A program made the position numbers and the translations under genes. The notes under the pieces were generated by a model. That model was given only the letters and a program-made list of their open reading frames with translations. It was not told the DNA's origin and searched no databases. Positions 11,644-22,247 of a stretch of DNA of 64,000 bases are shown here, in pieces. This DNA comes from an uncultured Gemmatimonadales bacterium (GTDB lineage Bacteria; Gemmatimonadota; Gemmatimonadetes; Gemmatimonadales; Gemmatimonadaceae). Numbering within the stretch: position 1 is the first letter of the stretch; every line of letters starts with the position of its first letter. Location: assembly GCA_963793305.1 (NCBI GenBank), contig CAWBZV010000002.1:160001-224000 (forward strand), read 5' to 3'.

Positions 11644-13287
11644 TCAGCGCGCGGCGGCGAGCCCGACGCGGTCGCGCGCCGTTCGCTCACCCGCCGGGAT
11701 GTACCATTGTGGCAACCGGATCCACCATCCGTCGGGCCGGAACGGCGCGGTGTGAATCCGCGCGCTGACGGCCGCGACGAGTTGCGGCTCGTAGAGCCAC
11801 ACGCCCGGCGCGTCGGCGACGATGATCTGGTACGCGTGACTGAAATGCGCCTTGGCTCCCGCGGGATCCAAATCGAGTATCGCGCTGTCGATCGCCGCGT
11901 CGAACTTCGGATCCGAGTAACTGAAGTAATTGATCCCGTCTTTCTCCGCGCCGGTCGTCCAGGTCTGTTTCGGATCGTTGGGCGAGAGATCGCTGACCCA
12001 TGATCCGAGGTACGTATCGAAGTCGTGCCCGTGGATCTCGCTCACGGTCACCGACATCTCGACCACGGACGGTGTGGCGGCAATGCCGACGCGCTGCAAC
12101 TGGTCCTGAATGAGCGACGCCATCCGCACGCGATACTTGCTCGACGACGGGGCGAGCACCTGGAAAGCGAGCTTCTGGCCGCCACGCGCGCGCATCCCAT
12201 CCTTGCCGCGCTTCCAGCCGAGCGAGTCGAGCAACCGGTCCGCGGCGACCGTGTCATATGGCGTCTGCGCGACCGTCGTGTCCGAGATGTGATTGAGTCG
12301 CGAGAACGGTCCTTTCGCGACGAGGCCGAGCGTGTCGAGCACGTTCCGCACCATCGAGACTCGGTCGAGCGAGAGGGCGATGGCGTGCCGGACGCCGGCG
12401 TCGGCGAACAGCGGGCGCTTCATGTTGAATCCGAGGAAGCCGTACGACGGTTGCGGATACACGACCGTGCGCAGGCTCGTGTGCTTGGCGACTTCCGGGA
12501 CGTCATCCGGGTGGATGACTTCGTACATGTCCGCCTCGCCGGTGTACAGCTTGACGAGCGCGGATTGATAGTCCGGCGCGATGTCCCACACGAGGCGATC
12601 GAGGAGCGGACGTCCGCGATAGTTCGCCGTATCCGCGATGAGCTCCACGGACTGGTTCGGCGTCCAGCGCACGAACCGGAACTTGCCCGAGCCGATCGGG
12701 TGGCTGGCCGCGTCCGACGCCCGCATCGACGCGACGGGGATGGGGGCCCACACGTGCGCGGGAATGATGCGCATCTGCGTGGCGGCGTCGAAGAACTGCG
12801 TCGGATAGCGCTGCGTGAACCAGAACGTCGCGGTCAGCGAGTCGGGCGTGGACACCGAGTCAATGCGGGCGACATTCGTGGCGATCCCCGATCCCATCGC
12901 GTGATCGGTGTACACCTTGTACGTGAACTGCACGTCCGCCGCGCGGACCGGCACGCCATCGTGCCACTTCGCGCGCGGATCGAGGTGAAACGCGATCGAC
13001 AACGAGTCCGGCGCCCACGTCCACCGGTCCGCGAGGCGCGGCGTGAATCCGTGGTCGCCGAGCATGTTCAGGCTGTCCCCGACGTCGGCCAGGTAATCGA
13101 AGACCATGTCGAGGATTTGCGCCGTCGTGATGTTGACCTGCGCGGGAGGCAGCAGCGTCTCGATGTTCGTCGGAATGGCGAAGACGACGGTGCCGCCGGC
13201 CTGACCAGTGGATGACGACGATCGGTCGCCGCCTTGGCAGGCCGTGAGTCCGAGCGCGATCATCGCGAGTGCGACGAGGCGTGGCAT
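11644..13287 (-). CDS. Peptide ABC substrate-binding lipoprotein (family 5)
   Basis: Lipobox LTAC, AKWHDGVPV and PIGSGKF; start 13287 (alternatively 13314). Confidence 0.92.
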   Translation of the reverse strand: MPRLVALAMIALGLTACQGGDRSSSSTGQAGGTVVFAIPTNIETLLPPAQVNITTAQILDMVFDYLADVGDSLNMLGDHGFTPRLADRWTWAPDSLSIAFHLDPRAKWHDGVPVRAADVQFTYKVYTDHAMGSGIATNVARIDSVSTPDSLTATFWFTQRYPTQFFDAATQMRIIPAHVWAPIPVASMRASDAASHPIGSGKFRFVRWTPNQSVELIADTANYRGRPLLDRLVWDIAPDYQSALVKLYTGEADMYEVIHPDDVPEVAKHTSLRTVVYPQPSYGFLGFNMKRPLFADAGVRHAIALSLDRVSMVRNVLDTLGLVAKGPFSRLNHISDTTVAQTPYDTVAADRLLDSLGWKRGKDGMRARGGQKLAFQVLAPSSSKYRVRMASLIQDQLQRVGIAATPSVVEMSVTVSEIHGHDFDTYLGSWVSDLSPNDPKQTWTTGAEKDGINYFSYSDPKFDAAIDSAILDLDPAGAKAHFSHAYQIIVADAPGVWLYEPQLVAAVSARIHTAPFRPDGWWIRLPQWYIPAGERTARDRVGLAAAR

Positions 13288-13310
13288 AGCGCGCAAAGGT
13301 GGATACCCCA

Positions 13311-14018
13311 TCATCCCTCGTCAAGCTTTTTCCGACGCCACGTCCACGCGTCGGAGGAATAGTGTTGGCTCAGGTGTCTGGCTTCGTCTCTCACCATCGG
13401 CTCCAGAGCCAATGTTACCGTGTCGACGATCGCGCCGAACGCATCGGCCAACTCTGCCGCCGTCGGCGCTCGACCGAGTGCCGCGCGCAACGTCGCGGGC
13501 TCGACGCCTTCTTGGTCATTATCAATGAGAATCGAGCCATGCTGTAGAACGACGCCGTGCTCCCTCCATTGGGCACTGCCGGCGATCTTGCGCCCATCAT
13601 ATATCAACTCGCCCGGGGACGGACCGGCAAAACAGGGCCCGGTTGTCGTCGTCGCACCGTTGGTCGCAATTGTTACGGGCGCTCCGAGATGCGCCAAAGT
13701 CGCGGCCAGCATCTGATTCAGCCGATCGTAGACGGCCCGAGGTCGCTCGACGGCGGGAAGGGTGAAGCTGTACGTCAGCTCGCGATGATGCAGGATCATG
13801 CGGCCGCCCGTAGGGCGCCGAACAATATCGACCCCGGGTCGGCTGAACGCCGGCTCGTTGCGTCCAAATGAAAGGGTCGGCCGGGACCACCCGTATACCC
13901 GAATGACGCCCTCACCCGTGCGCGAGGCTCGCCGCATGAGCGCGTGGTCCAACGCCATGTTCTCCGCACCCGCTAGCGGCTCGCTAACGACGAGCCGCCA
14001 GACGCTATTCGCCGACGT
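13311..14018 (-). CDS. Lipoate-protein ligase family, LipM-like octanoyltransferase
   Basis: WRL..GAENMALD, RRPTGG, CF...EL...GRKIAGSAQ and LQHGSI; homology extends upstream of ATG 13958 to an ACG at 14018. Confidence 0.85.
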   Translation of the reverse strand, partial: TSANSVWRLVVSEPLAGAENMALDHALMRRASRTGEGVIRVYGWSRPTLSFGRNEPAFSRPGVDIVRRPTGGRMILHHRELTYSFTLPAVERPRAVYDRLNQMLAATLAHLGAPVTIATNGATTTTGPCFAGPSPGELIYDGRKIAGSAQWREHGVVLQHGSILIDNDQEGVEPATLRAALGRAPTAAELADAFGAIVDTVTLALEPMVRDEARHLSQHYSSDAWTWRRKKLDEG

Positions 14019-14397
14019 GAGCGGCGTATTGCTGCGCGGTGAGCAGTCCGTCGCCAGCCGCCGGCGACTCGGCGGGCTCGATCTCGATCATCCAGCCGTC
14101 GCCGTACGGATCCGTGTTCACGAGCGCCGGCTCTTTATCGAGCCGCGGATTGATGGCGAGGACGGTGCCCGCGACGGGCGACATGAGATCCGAGACGGCC
14201 TTGACCGCCTCGATCGTGCCGAAGGTCTCGTGCGCGCTCAGGTGCGTGCCGACTTTCGGCAACTCGACGAATACGACGTCGCCGAGCTCACCCTGCGCGT
14301 AGTCGGTGATGCCAACGCGCGTGGGCTCGGTGCCGTTGACGCGGAGGTATTCGTGATCCTTCGTGTACAACAGGTCGGTCGGAATTTTGGAAGCCAT
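14005..14397 (-). CDS. gcvH: Glycine cleavage system H protein
   Basis: YTKDHEY, GITDYAQGELGDVVFV, EAVKA (lipoyl Lys) and NTDPYGDGW. Confidence 0.96.
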   Translation of the reverse strand: MASKIPTDLLYTKDHEYLRVNGTEPTRVGITDYAQGELGDVVFVELPKVGTHLSAHETFGTIEAVKAVSDLMSPVAGTVLAINPRLDKEPALVNTDPYGDGWMIEIEPAESPAAGDGLLTAQQYAAHVGE

Positions 14398-15030
14398 CAA
14401 ATCGTGACGGTAGATGCGAGAGTGTCGGCTTCGCGCTCGAGCTCCGTCCACACGTGGGCGACTTTCGCCTCGAGATCGGTCATCGTCCCGGTATTGTCGA
14501 TGACGAAGTCCGCGCGAGCCCGCTTGAGCTCGGCCGGCATTTGCGCGGCGATCATGTCGAGCGCTTCGGTCTCGTCGAGTGAGCGTTCGTGCGTGAGCCG
14601 CTCCAAGCGCAGCGGCCGGGGCGCGTCGACGAGCACAATACGGTTGAATTCATCCGCCATCTTCTTTTCAAAGAGCAGCGGTACATCGCAGACGACGATT
14701 TTTTCGCCACGACCAACCGCATCGGCAACCAGACGGTCGCGCAAACGGTTGACTTCCGGATGAATGATCTGGTTGAGCTCTTCGAGCTCATCGTGGTCGG
14801 GAAAAACGAGAATGTCTGAGGGCGGCGCGGTCCAAGAGCCCGTCAGCAGCCACCACATCGTTGCCCCAACGCTCCACAATACGGTCGAAAGCGGGTGTAC
14901 CAGGCTCGACCGCGCGGCGGGACAATACGTCCGCATCTATGATCGTCGCGCCGCGCTCCGAAAAGAGGCGGGCAACCGTCGATTTCCCACTGGCGATATT
15001 CCCAGTGAGACCGACCAACAACGTCGTCAT
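14397..15030 (-). CDS. coaE: Dephospho-CoA kinase; frameshift near 14811
   Basis: GLTGNIASGKS, IDAD, LDRAALR in one frame; LNQIIHP, DVPLLFE and ADFVIDN in the other. Confidence 0.93.
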
Positions 15031-15061
15031 GAATGGCAAGCTAGGGGCAGAGAATTGCCTG

Positions 15062-15913
15062 TCAACAGGCTTGTTGGGCTACCCCATTGGTGCTGCCATT
15101 GGTCCCGCTCTCAACGCGGGGGGCACGCCGGCGAGGGCCCGCCGCTGCGGCTAAACGCGCGCTAGTGAGGAACGTATCAATGACGTAAGCAGCGCCGCCG
15201 CGGTCGCGGAGCTGCTGTGGCGTGGCCTGGAGATACCGCTGGCACGTATTGCGAAATGCGCTACCGGACGGGAAATCGAGCACCTGCGCGACGCTGTCGG
15301 CGCTCCGGTGCTTGTCCTCCAGCATGTGCGCGGCGACGATCAGGCGTCCCCACGTGAGCAACCGATGCGGTGGCGGAAACCCGGCATCCGCCAGCCGCCG
15401 GGTCAACAGGCGCCGGGGCACCGCGAGGAGCCGCGCAAACGCATCGGGCGTCAACCGCTCGTGCGCGCGCGTCACCGACGCCAGGACGGCGTCACGCGCT
15501 GTCGGCTTGAGGTCCCCGATCGCCCGCCGCAACAAGCTGGCGACGCTTCGCGCTTCGGCCTTGTCGACGTGCGCCAGGAGCGTGAGTGGCGCGTCGTCCG
15601 CGTCAGCCATGACGAGGCCATCGAATCCGCAGCGGCCGGCATCGAACATATCACGGGCTCGCTCCGGCGTGATCGTCACGTAGGCGACGAGCGCGACCCG
15701 AGGGAAGCGCAGCTTGAGCAAGCGCACGCTCTCGAAATTCGCCGTGCCGTCCGCGTAGATATCGATAACAGCCAAATGCACCGGCTCGCTGTCGCACATG
15801 CGCGTCAGCGACGACCAGTCCTCACAGGCAATGATCGAGTGCCGATCGCGGATCGCGGCGCGCAGCCGCTGGAGGCGGACCGGATTGGGGAGAAGCGTTG
15901 CAATGACTCCCAT
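15062..15913 (-). CDS. AraC-type HTH regulator with degenerate receiver-like N-terminus
   Basis: LAVIDIY receiver-like strand; C-terminal SVAQVLDFPSGSAFRN...ATPQQLR. Confidence 0.75.
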   Translation of the reverse strand: MGVIATLLPNPVRLQRLRAAIRDRHSIIACEDWSSLTRMCDSEPVHLAVIDIYADGTANFESVRLLKLRFPRVALVAYVTITPERARDMFDAGRCGFDGLVMADADDAPLTLLAHVDKAEARSVASLLRRAIGDLKPTARDAVLASVTRAHERLTPDAFARLLAVPRRLLTRRLADAGFPPPHRLLTWGRLIVAAHMLEDKHRSADSVAQVLDFPSGSAFRNTCQRYLQATPQQLRDRGGAAYVIDTFLTSARLAAAAGPRRRAPRVESGTNGSTNGVAQQAC

Positions 15914-16062
15914 GCGTCATGAAGACGCCAAACGGAGCGGCTGCGTCACCACTTCTACGAGATCCTAGCAGAAGGTGATACGGACGTCCCGTGGCGAAAC
16001 AGCGCCTGGCGCGCCATCTGCATACCGTATGGCCTCAGTAGCGCGAGGCAACGCCTGACGGC

Positions 16063-17179
16063 CTAACGCCGATCGCTACCCCGATGGGCCCCTGACGTCC
16101 CTGGACGGCGGGGGTTCTTCGTTTCTCCCCCCCGATCGCGAGGAGGCCCTCGCCTGGGGTCTGACCTGGGAGCGGGAGACGTTGCCGGCGGAGCCGGAGC
16201 GCGCCTTTCGCGCCCGAGCAAATGCACTGCCGCCGCCGCGATCTCGATGCCGTCATAGCTGTCCAGGAGAGGCTCCAGCCAGGTTAGCTCGGCTGCGGGC
16301 ACTCCCGCCTCCAGAATGCGGCGGATCTCCTCGACGCGCTGCCTGGCGCGGTCCAGCGGCCCACTGAGCGTGAGCGGCGTGGCTCCAGGCAACCGGGCCA
16401 ACTCCCCCCGTTCAGCCAGCGCGACGATTTGCACGGGCGCTGACTGCACGACCGCGGCCATCTCAGCCGCATCGAGCGGGACGTCATAAAGCACAACCAG
16501 CGCCGCGCTCTCCGCGACAGTATCCCGCGCGACCCGCACCGCGTTTGCTTCGCCATAACCAAGGGCTCGTACGATCGCGCGCGCGGTCTGTTCCGAGGCG
16601 TCGGTGCGTGTCCAGACGATCGCCGACGGTGGATCGAGATCGTCGAGCAGGCGCCGGAGCGCCGTGGGTCGGTTGCCGGAACGTCACGCCGACATATCGC
16701 ATGCCGACGACGGACGCAGCCGGTGGAGTCCCGGCGACCCGGCGTGCGCGCCTCGCGTAGCGCTCGACGAGCGATTCGATCTCGGGCGTCGCCGCCAGTG
16801 CCGCCGTCGCCACAATCGTACGCGCCGAGTCCTTTGGTACCTCGGCCATGACTGCTTCGAGCGCCGGCCCGGCGCCAACCCATGCCATGACCAGCGCTCC
16901 GAGCCCGTCGAGCTTGAGCCGCGACCGCGCGATGAGGCCCTGGATGACCTCTGGCGGCCCGATCACGATCGCCGGAGGCGTCACACGCGCCGCGCGACCA
17001 ACCAATGTCGCCGCGAGCACGTCAGATCGGCCAAGTGCAGTGGCGATCGACACGGCGGTTTCCGCGTCTGGTGTCAGCACGAGAACAGCCGGGCCGCCGG
17101 AGCCAACATGCTCCAGCACCGGCGTCATAAAAGTCGAGACTGATGATGGATCAGCGGGGAGAACGAACAGCGTGTGCAC
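16063..17179 (-). CDS. Degenerate DEAD-box helicase-like protein; frameshift near 16680
   Basis: VLVLTP, IVIGPP, LKLDGLGALV, ALRRLLD and LVVLYDVP follow the DEAD-box motif order but lack GKT and DEAD; RG-rich tail; start uncertain. Confidence 0.6.
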
Positions 17180-17216
17180 GGATAGCGCAGGGGATGAAGA
17201 CGCGGTAACATACATC

Positions 17217-18378
17217 GTGACGACGACACTCGCGCCCGCGTTCGCGCCATCGGCGAACGTATCCCACATCAAAGAGTCCGCCACGCTCGCCGTGGCGAGC
17301 CGCGCCCGGGCGCTCAAAGCCGCGGGACGCGAGATCCTCGATCTCGGAGCTGGCGAGCCCGACTTCGACACGCCGGAATTCATTCGCCGCGCCGCGCAGA
17401 AGGCGATTGATTCGGGTGCCACGCGCTATACGGCGACTGAGGGCATCCTGCCGCTCCGCCAAGCGATCGCGGCCCAGGCCAACGCCGACCCGGCCGAGGT
17501 CGTGGTGTCCACGGGCTCCAAGCAGTCGCTGTTCAATGCGTGCTTCGCGCTCTTTGGGCCCGGAGAATGAAGTCTTGGTGCCGACGCCGAGTTGGACCTC
17601 GTACTACGAGATGGTCTCGCTGGCGCGCGCCAAAGCGGTCCCCGTGCACGGCCATGTCACGCGCGGGCTCAAGGTCACCGCGGACGAGCTGGCTCGTGCG
17701 GCAACGTCGCGCACGAAAGGTCTGATGCTGAACTCGCCATGTAACCCAACCGGCTCGGTGTACACGGCCGACGAGCTGAGCGAGATCCTGGAGCTCGCGG
17801 TTAGCCGTGGGTGGTGGGTGATCAGCGACGAAATTTATCAGAGAATCGCCTACGAATATCCCGCTCCGTCGGCACTATCGCTCATGCCCAATGGCAGTCG
17901 CGACCGCCTCGTATTGATCAACGGCGTCGCCAAGAGCTTCGCGATGACGGGATGGCGGATCGGCTGGGCGATCGCCCCAAAGCCCGTCGCGGCGGCGATG
18001 AACGCCCTCCAATCCCACACGACGTCGAACCCCGCGACGCCCTCGCAGTACGCTGCCCTCGCCGCCCTAACCGATACGGCAGCAGCCGACGCCGCGATCC
18101 AGCATATGGTCGCGACGTTCCGCGAGCGGCGCGATGCCGCCATGACCATTCTGGACTCGGCTGGCGTCACCTATATTCGACCGGACGGCGCCTTTTACCT
18201 GTATGTTCGCGTCGGCGACGGTGACGCGTTTGCTACGCGCCTAATGGATACGCACGGTGTCGCCGTGGTCCCCGGCTCGGCCTTCCTGACGCCCGAATGG
18301 GTGCGGCTCTCGTATGCGGCGCCTACGACGACCGTGACCGAGGGTGTCAAACGACTGACGTTGCTGCTCAAGAGCTAG
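17217..18378 (+). CDS. Class I/II PLP-dependent aminotransferase (aspartate aminotransferase-like); frameshift near 17566
   Basis: GAGEPDFDTP, TRYT, NSPCNPTG, SDEIY and AKSFAMTGWRIG. Confidence 0.93.
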
Positions 18379-18468
18379 GCGACGAGGCGCGAACCCGACC
18401 GCCAGGTCGGCTCGACAGGCAACCGCTGGCGCCAAAGGCGCCTTCCGCAGCGTCAACCGCCGAGGAGA

Positions 18469-19425
18469 TTAGTTCTGGTGGTCGAGGCACCAGTCTGATG
18501 CGCCGTGAAAGATCTCGAGCCAGTGCCCTGACTTGTACTTGAGCACGATCGGGAAGCTATCACCGCCATAGCGCCACCCTTCGATGACGACTTCGTCCAC
18601 GCCATCGCCGTCGATGTCGAGGTGATCGACATAGCGGCGATACTCGGCGTGCGCGGCCGATCCATCGACGGTCTTCACGAACGACGGCGAGTAGTCGGTC
18701 CCGTCCCAATCGGCGATGACGAAGACGTACGAGGTCTCGTCGCCATGCGCGGCCGCCTCCTCGGCGTTCGGGTCGATAAACGACGCGATGAGCGTCGGCT
18801 GAGCCGTGGCACCCGTATTGATCGCCAGGCCATGATAATCGAGCGAATCGAGGCGTGTCTTCGGGATGCCGGCGCCCGTGCCGACTTTCATGGCGATGTC
18901 GCGCGCCTTGGTCAGCGCGTCTTCGCGCGTCAGCGGCTGGGGCTTCTGCGCTTGTGTCGCGCCCGGCAGCGGCGTTCCCGACGCAAGAAACTCGACGGTG
19001 ATGCCCGCTTTGACCTTGCTATCGAGCGCCACGGCCGAGAGAGGCGTGAGCAAGTGGCAGTTCGGCAGCGAATAGAGCGGCATGCCAGGCTTCTCCCACA
19101 TGCCTTGCTTCACGGTCGCGGTGCCAGCGACCTGGCCATCCTGATAGAGCGTGTAGTTCGCGCCGGACCGGGTGTAGATGCGATCGAACGATTTCCATCC
19201 GGGCGCATCGAGCACGATCCCGCGCAGGTGTCCGCCTTCGACTGTCCCGATGGGAATCATGCGCGGATCTTCCCGCTCGCCGAAGACCTCGAACAAGACG
19301 TTGGGCCGCTTGGACAGATCAAGCACCGCGCTCTGCGATGCGCCCCCGGAGTCGGACTCCGTAGCGTGCTTGTCGCAGCCTAGCGCTGCGATTACCATAA
19401 CGCACAGTGCGACGCGGGCGATCAC
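18469..19425 (-). CDS. Hypothetical lipoprotein with Dx[DN]xDG Ca-binding-type loop
   Basis: Lipobox ALGC and DIDGDGVDE; start 19425 or 19398. Confidence 0.7.
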   Translation of the reverse strand: MIARVALCVMVIAALGCDKHATESDSGGASQSAVLDLSKRPNVLFEVFGEREDPRMIPIGTVEGGHLRGIVLDAPGWKSFDRIYTRSGANYTLYQDGQVAGTATVKQGMWEKPGMPLYSLPNCHLLTPLSAVALDSKVKAGITVEFLASGTPLPGATQAQKPQPLTREDALTKARDIAMKVGTGAGIPKTRLDSLDYHGLAINTGATAQPTLIASFIDPNAEEAAAHGDETSYVFVIADWDGTDYSPSFVKTVDGSAAHAEYRRYVDHLDIDGDGVDEVVIEGWRYGGDSFPIVLKYKSGHWLEIFHGASDWCLDHQN

Positions 19426-19429
19426 GGAA

Positions 19430-20299
19430 GTGGTGACAGGGTTGAAGAACTTCAACTCGTACCGGGCGGTCCCCACGCTGGAGACGCTCGTGCGGGGCGC
19501 CGAGTCACCGCGTCTGGCGGTGCCCGAGGTGGTGGAAGGTCAGGCGCTGGCGCGCATTCCACTCTCCGGGCCGCCGGTCGTCGGGTTCGCCGCCTTCCTC
19601 AATGGCATCCAGCAAAGCCGCGTGGTGTACCACTCGGGCCTCGTCCCCATCGTCCACGGCACCGTCGGCGCCGTCATCCGGGTGCGCCGCGATCGCCGGC
19701 TCACGACGCACCCGCTCGGCCCCAGGATCTCACGCACGCTCCTCGCCCCGCGCCAGCTCCTTCCCGACGATCTCTGGAACGACCTGGTCCCGCTCGGCGT
19801 GATCGATACCGGGTCCGGCCCGGCCGACGCGCACCCGTCGGCATTGCTCGAACGCGCGATTCACCTCGTCGAGCAACGTCGCGAGGCGGCGGAGCGCTTC
19901 CTGGCCGAGGCCTGGGTTGATTCGGCTCCCCTCTGGGTCGATGGTCCGCTCTCCATCGCCTCATCTCAGGCAATCGGCGTCGTTCGTACCCACCGAACCC
20001 TCTACACCGAGTCGGATACGCTGCCGATGCTCTGCGAGCTGGCCGTGGGTGAGCGCAGCAGCATTTTCCGGGTGAGAGACAATTTCAGTTGGTATCTGCG
20101 ACTCAGAGACCCAGCCGGCCGCGATCCCCTGTGGGGGCTCCTCCGCGTCGAAGTAGCGGACGCAACCTCCGAACGGGCCGATCTCGTGTCGCGCTGGGTG
20201 CTGGCCGAGTCGACGCCACTCGCGCTGCCAGATCCCCGATGGGATACTCTGGTCTATGGAGTACGAGACTGCGAAGAATACCTCCGTGCCGTCTGCTGA
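19430..20299 (+). CDS. nurA: NurA-like nuclease
   Basis: FAAFL(N)GIQ, WVDGPL, IGVVRTH, GERSSIF, SWYLRLR, GLLRVE, DPRW and EEYLR; overlaps the herA-like gene; start uncertain. Confidence 0.75.
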   Translation: MVTGLKNFNSYRAVPTLETLVRGAESPRLAVPEVVEGQALARIPLSGPPVVGFAAFLNGIQQSRVVYHSGLVPIVHGTVGAVIRVRRDRRLTTHPLGPRISRTLLAPRQLLPDDLWNDLVPLGVIDTGSGPADAHPSALLERAIHLVEQRREAAERFLAEAWVDSAPLWVDGPLSIASSQAIGVVRTHRTLYTESDTLPMLCELAVGERSSIFRVRDNFSWYLRLRDPAGRDPLWGLLRVEVADATSERADLVSRWVLAESTPLALPDPRWDTLVYGVRDCEEYLRAVC

Positions 20300-22247
20300 C
20301 GACGCGCTTCGGCCCGTTGGCCGCGTCGTAGCGACCGAGCGGCGGCCGAACACCCCGCACGAGTTCCATTTCTGGACCGCGCTCGACGCGGCGGTCGGCA
20401 TCGGGACGATCGTGCGGGTGGTCGGCACGCATCCGGTCGCGGGGCGTATCCCGACGGTGTACGGGGTCGTAGTCGAGGGCTTCAGCTACACCGACCTCGC
20501 CACGCCACTGCACGACGTGCTCGGCCACGACGGCGCGCCCGAGCGGGTGGCGGCTGCGCCCACCGAGCGTGCCGAGATCCGGCTGTACACGGCGGCCGTG
20601 CTGCGCCAGGTGCCCGAGGAGCCCCTGCAGCCGGTGCCCCTCGGCCAGGTGTTCCTGGCCAACGAGGCCGACGTCCTGATCGCCCTGCGCATGGACTCCT
20701 ACGCCGGCCGCGGCATCCCGGTCGGGTTGTATCGGGCTGGCGGCAGCGAGTCTCCCGTCTATCTCGACCCGGACTTCCTCCTCGGACCAGAAGCGGCTCA
20801 CCTCAACATCACGGGCGTGTCGGGTCTGGCCACGAAGACGAGCGCCGTCGAATGGCTGCTGTCGTCGATATTTGCTCACTTCCCGGCAGACAAGGGATCG
20901 GTCGCCGCGGTGTGCTTCAACGTCAAGGGACCCGATCTGTGCTTTCTGGATCTCCCCGCCAATCTCGAAGACGTTGATCGCGCGCTGTACGAACGCCTCG
21001 GCGTGCCCCCGGTCCCATTTCCCAACGTTCACTATTTCGCACCGTACACGGCCAAGGGGTATGCGCTGAATACCCTGCGCTCCAATGAAGCGCTGCTACA
21101 CAACGTCTCGCCGCTGACGTGGGGCCTGCGCGAGGTCCTTCAATTCGCCGAAGTATTACTCAACAGAGACGACGTTGACGCGAAGGCCGATGCGGTTATC
21201 GATTTTATACGAGAGAGAGTTGTTGATCGGCCGTTTCACGATGATACGTTGGCGTCGACGCACCATGTCAGATCGTTTGCGGATCTGGATGCGTGGTTTC
21301 GCGATGTCCTGGCGAGCATGGAGCGACGAAACGCGGAGTCGTGGCGAACCCATCACGGGGCGACGATCCGGAAGGTCAGAAATCGCCTGACCAATATCGC
21401 GACGCGTTGCGCGGGCCTCGTGACGAACGATGGGGGGACGAGCGATCTCCCGTTCGGGAGCTTTCGCGACCGGACGGTGTACGTGATCGATGTCGCCTTG
21501 CTCGAAGAAGACGCGCAGGATCTGATCTTCGCCCGCGTTGTCTCGAAGCTCCGCGAGCACCTCGAACGGCGGGATCTCGGCGTTCAGCACGTGGTGGTGT
21601 TCGTGGACGAGCTGAACAAATACGCGCCGGGCGACGGACCGGACACGTATGTGCGGAAGATGCTGCTCGATGTCGCCGAACGGGGCCGGTATCTCGGGCT
21701 CGTGCTGTTCGCCGCGCAGCAGTTCCGGTCGCAGGTCCATCGGCGGGTGGTCGGCAACGCTGGCACCGCGTTATTCGGTCGAATGGATGGCGACGAGTTG
21801 GCGACGCCAGGGTACGCCACCCTGGGGCCGGCCTTGCGCACGAAGTTGGCGACGTTGGAGAAGGGGCAACTGATGGTGCGACACCCGCATTTCGCGCAAC
21901 CGGTGTTCGTCCGGTTCCCTCGTCCGGCCGTGTTGACGGGCCGGCTGGGCGCCGAGCGCTATCCGCCGAGCACAGAGCCAGCCCTCGATGTGGCCGTCAC
22001 GCGCGCCCTGCGCGCGATCGATCCGGGGGTGACGCTCGGCTGGGTCCAAGACGTCATCGCGCTCGTCGACGATGCCGACGTGCTGCGCGCCAAGGTCGCC
22101 GTCGAGGTGACCCGGCCGCAGGACGTCAAAGCGTTCTTCCGCGCGACGCTGCGCACCGCGGCGCGCGTGGCTGCACCGGTTGCGGCATCTCCAGTTCCGG
22201 CGGTCCCATTGAAGACGGCGCCGGACGACGACCCGTACGGGTTTTGA
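20286..22247 (+). CDS. herA: HerA-like FtsK/HerA superfamily ATPase
   Basis: N-terminal HAS-barrel-like region, HLNITGVSGLATKTS, FVDELNKYAP, ERGRYLGLVLFAAQQ. Confidence 0.85.
   Translation: MPSADDALRPVGRVVATERRPNTPHEFHFWTALDAAVGIGTIVRVVGTHPVAGRIPTVYGVVVEGFSYTDLATPLHDVLGHDGAPERVAAAPTERAEIRLYTAAVLRQVPEEPLQPVPLGQVFLANEADVLIALRMDSYAGRGIPVGLYRAGGSESPVYLDPDFLLGPEAAHLNITGVSGLATKTSAVEWLLSSIFAHFPADKGSVAAVCFNVKGPDLCFLDLPANLEDVDRALYERLGVPPVPFPNVHYFAPYTAKGYALNTLRSNEALLHNVSPLTWGLREVLQFAEVLLNRDDVDAKADAVIDFIRERVVDRPFHDDTLASTHHVRSFADLDAWFRDVLASMERRNAESWRTHHGATIRKVRNRLTNIATRCAGLVTNDGGTSDLPFGSFRDRTVYVIDVALLEEDAQDLIFARVVSKLREHLERRDLGVQHVVVFVDELNKYAPGDGPDTYVRKMLLDVAERGRYLGLVLFAAQQFRSQVHRRVVGNAGTALFGRMDGDELATPGYATLGPALRTKLATLEKGQLMVRHPHFAQPVFVRFPRPAVLTGRLGAERYPPSTEPALDVAVTRALRAIDPGVTLGWVQDVIALVDDADVLRAKVAVEVTRPQDVKAFFRATLRTAARVAAPVAASPVPAVPLKTAPDDDPYGF

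Noticed and set aside
18380..18468. Hairpins between convergent genes as a possible ncRNA
   Set aside because: Short imperfect stems consistent with ordinary termination or chance pairing in GC-rich DNA
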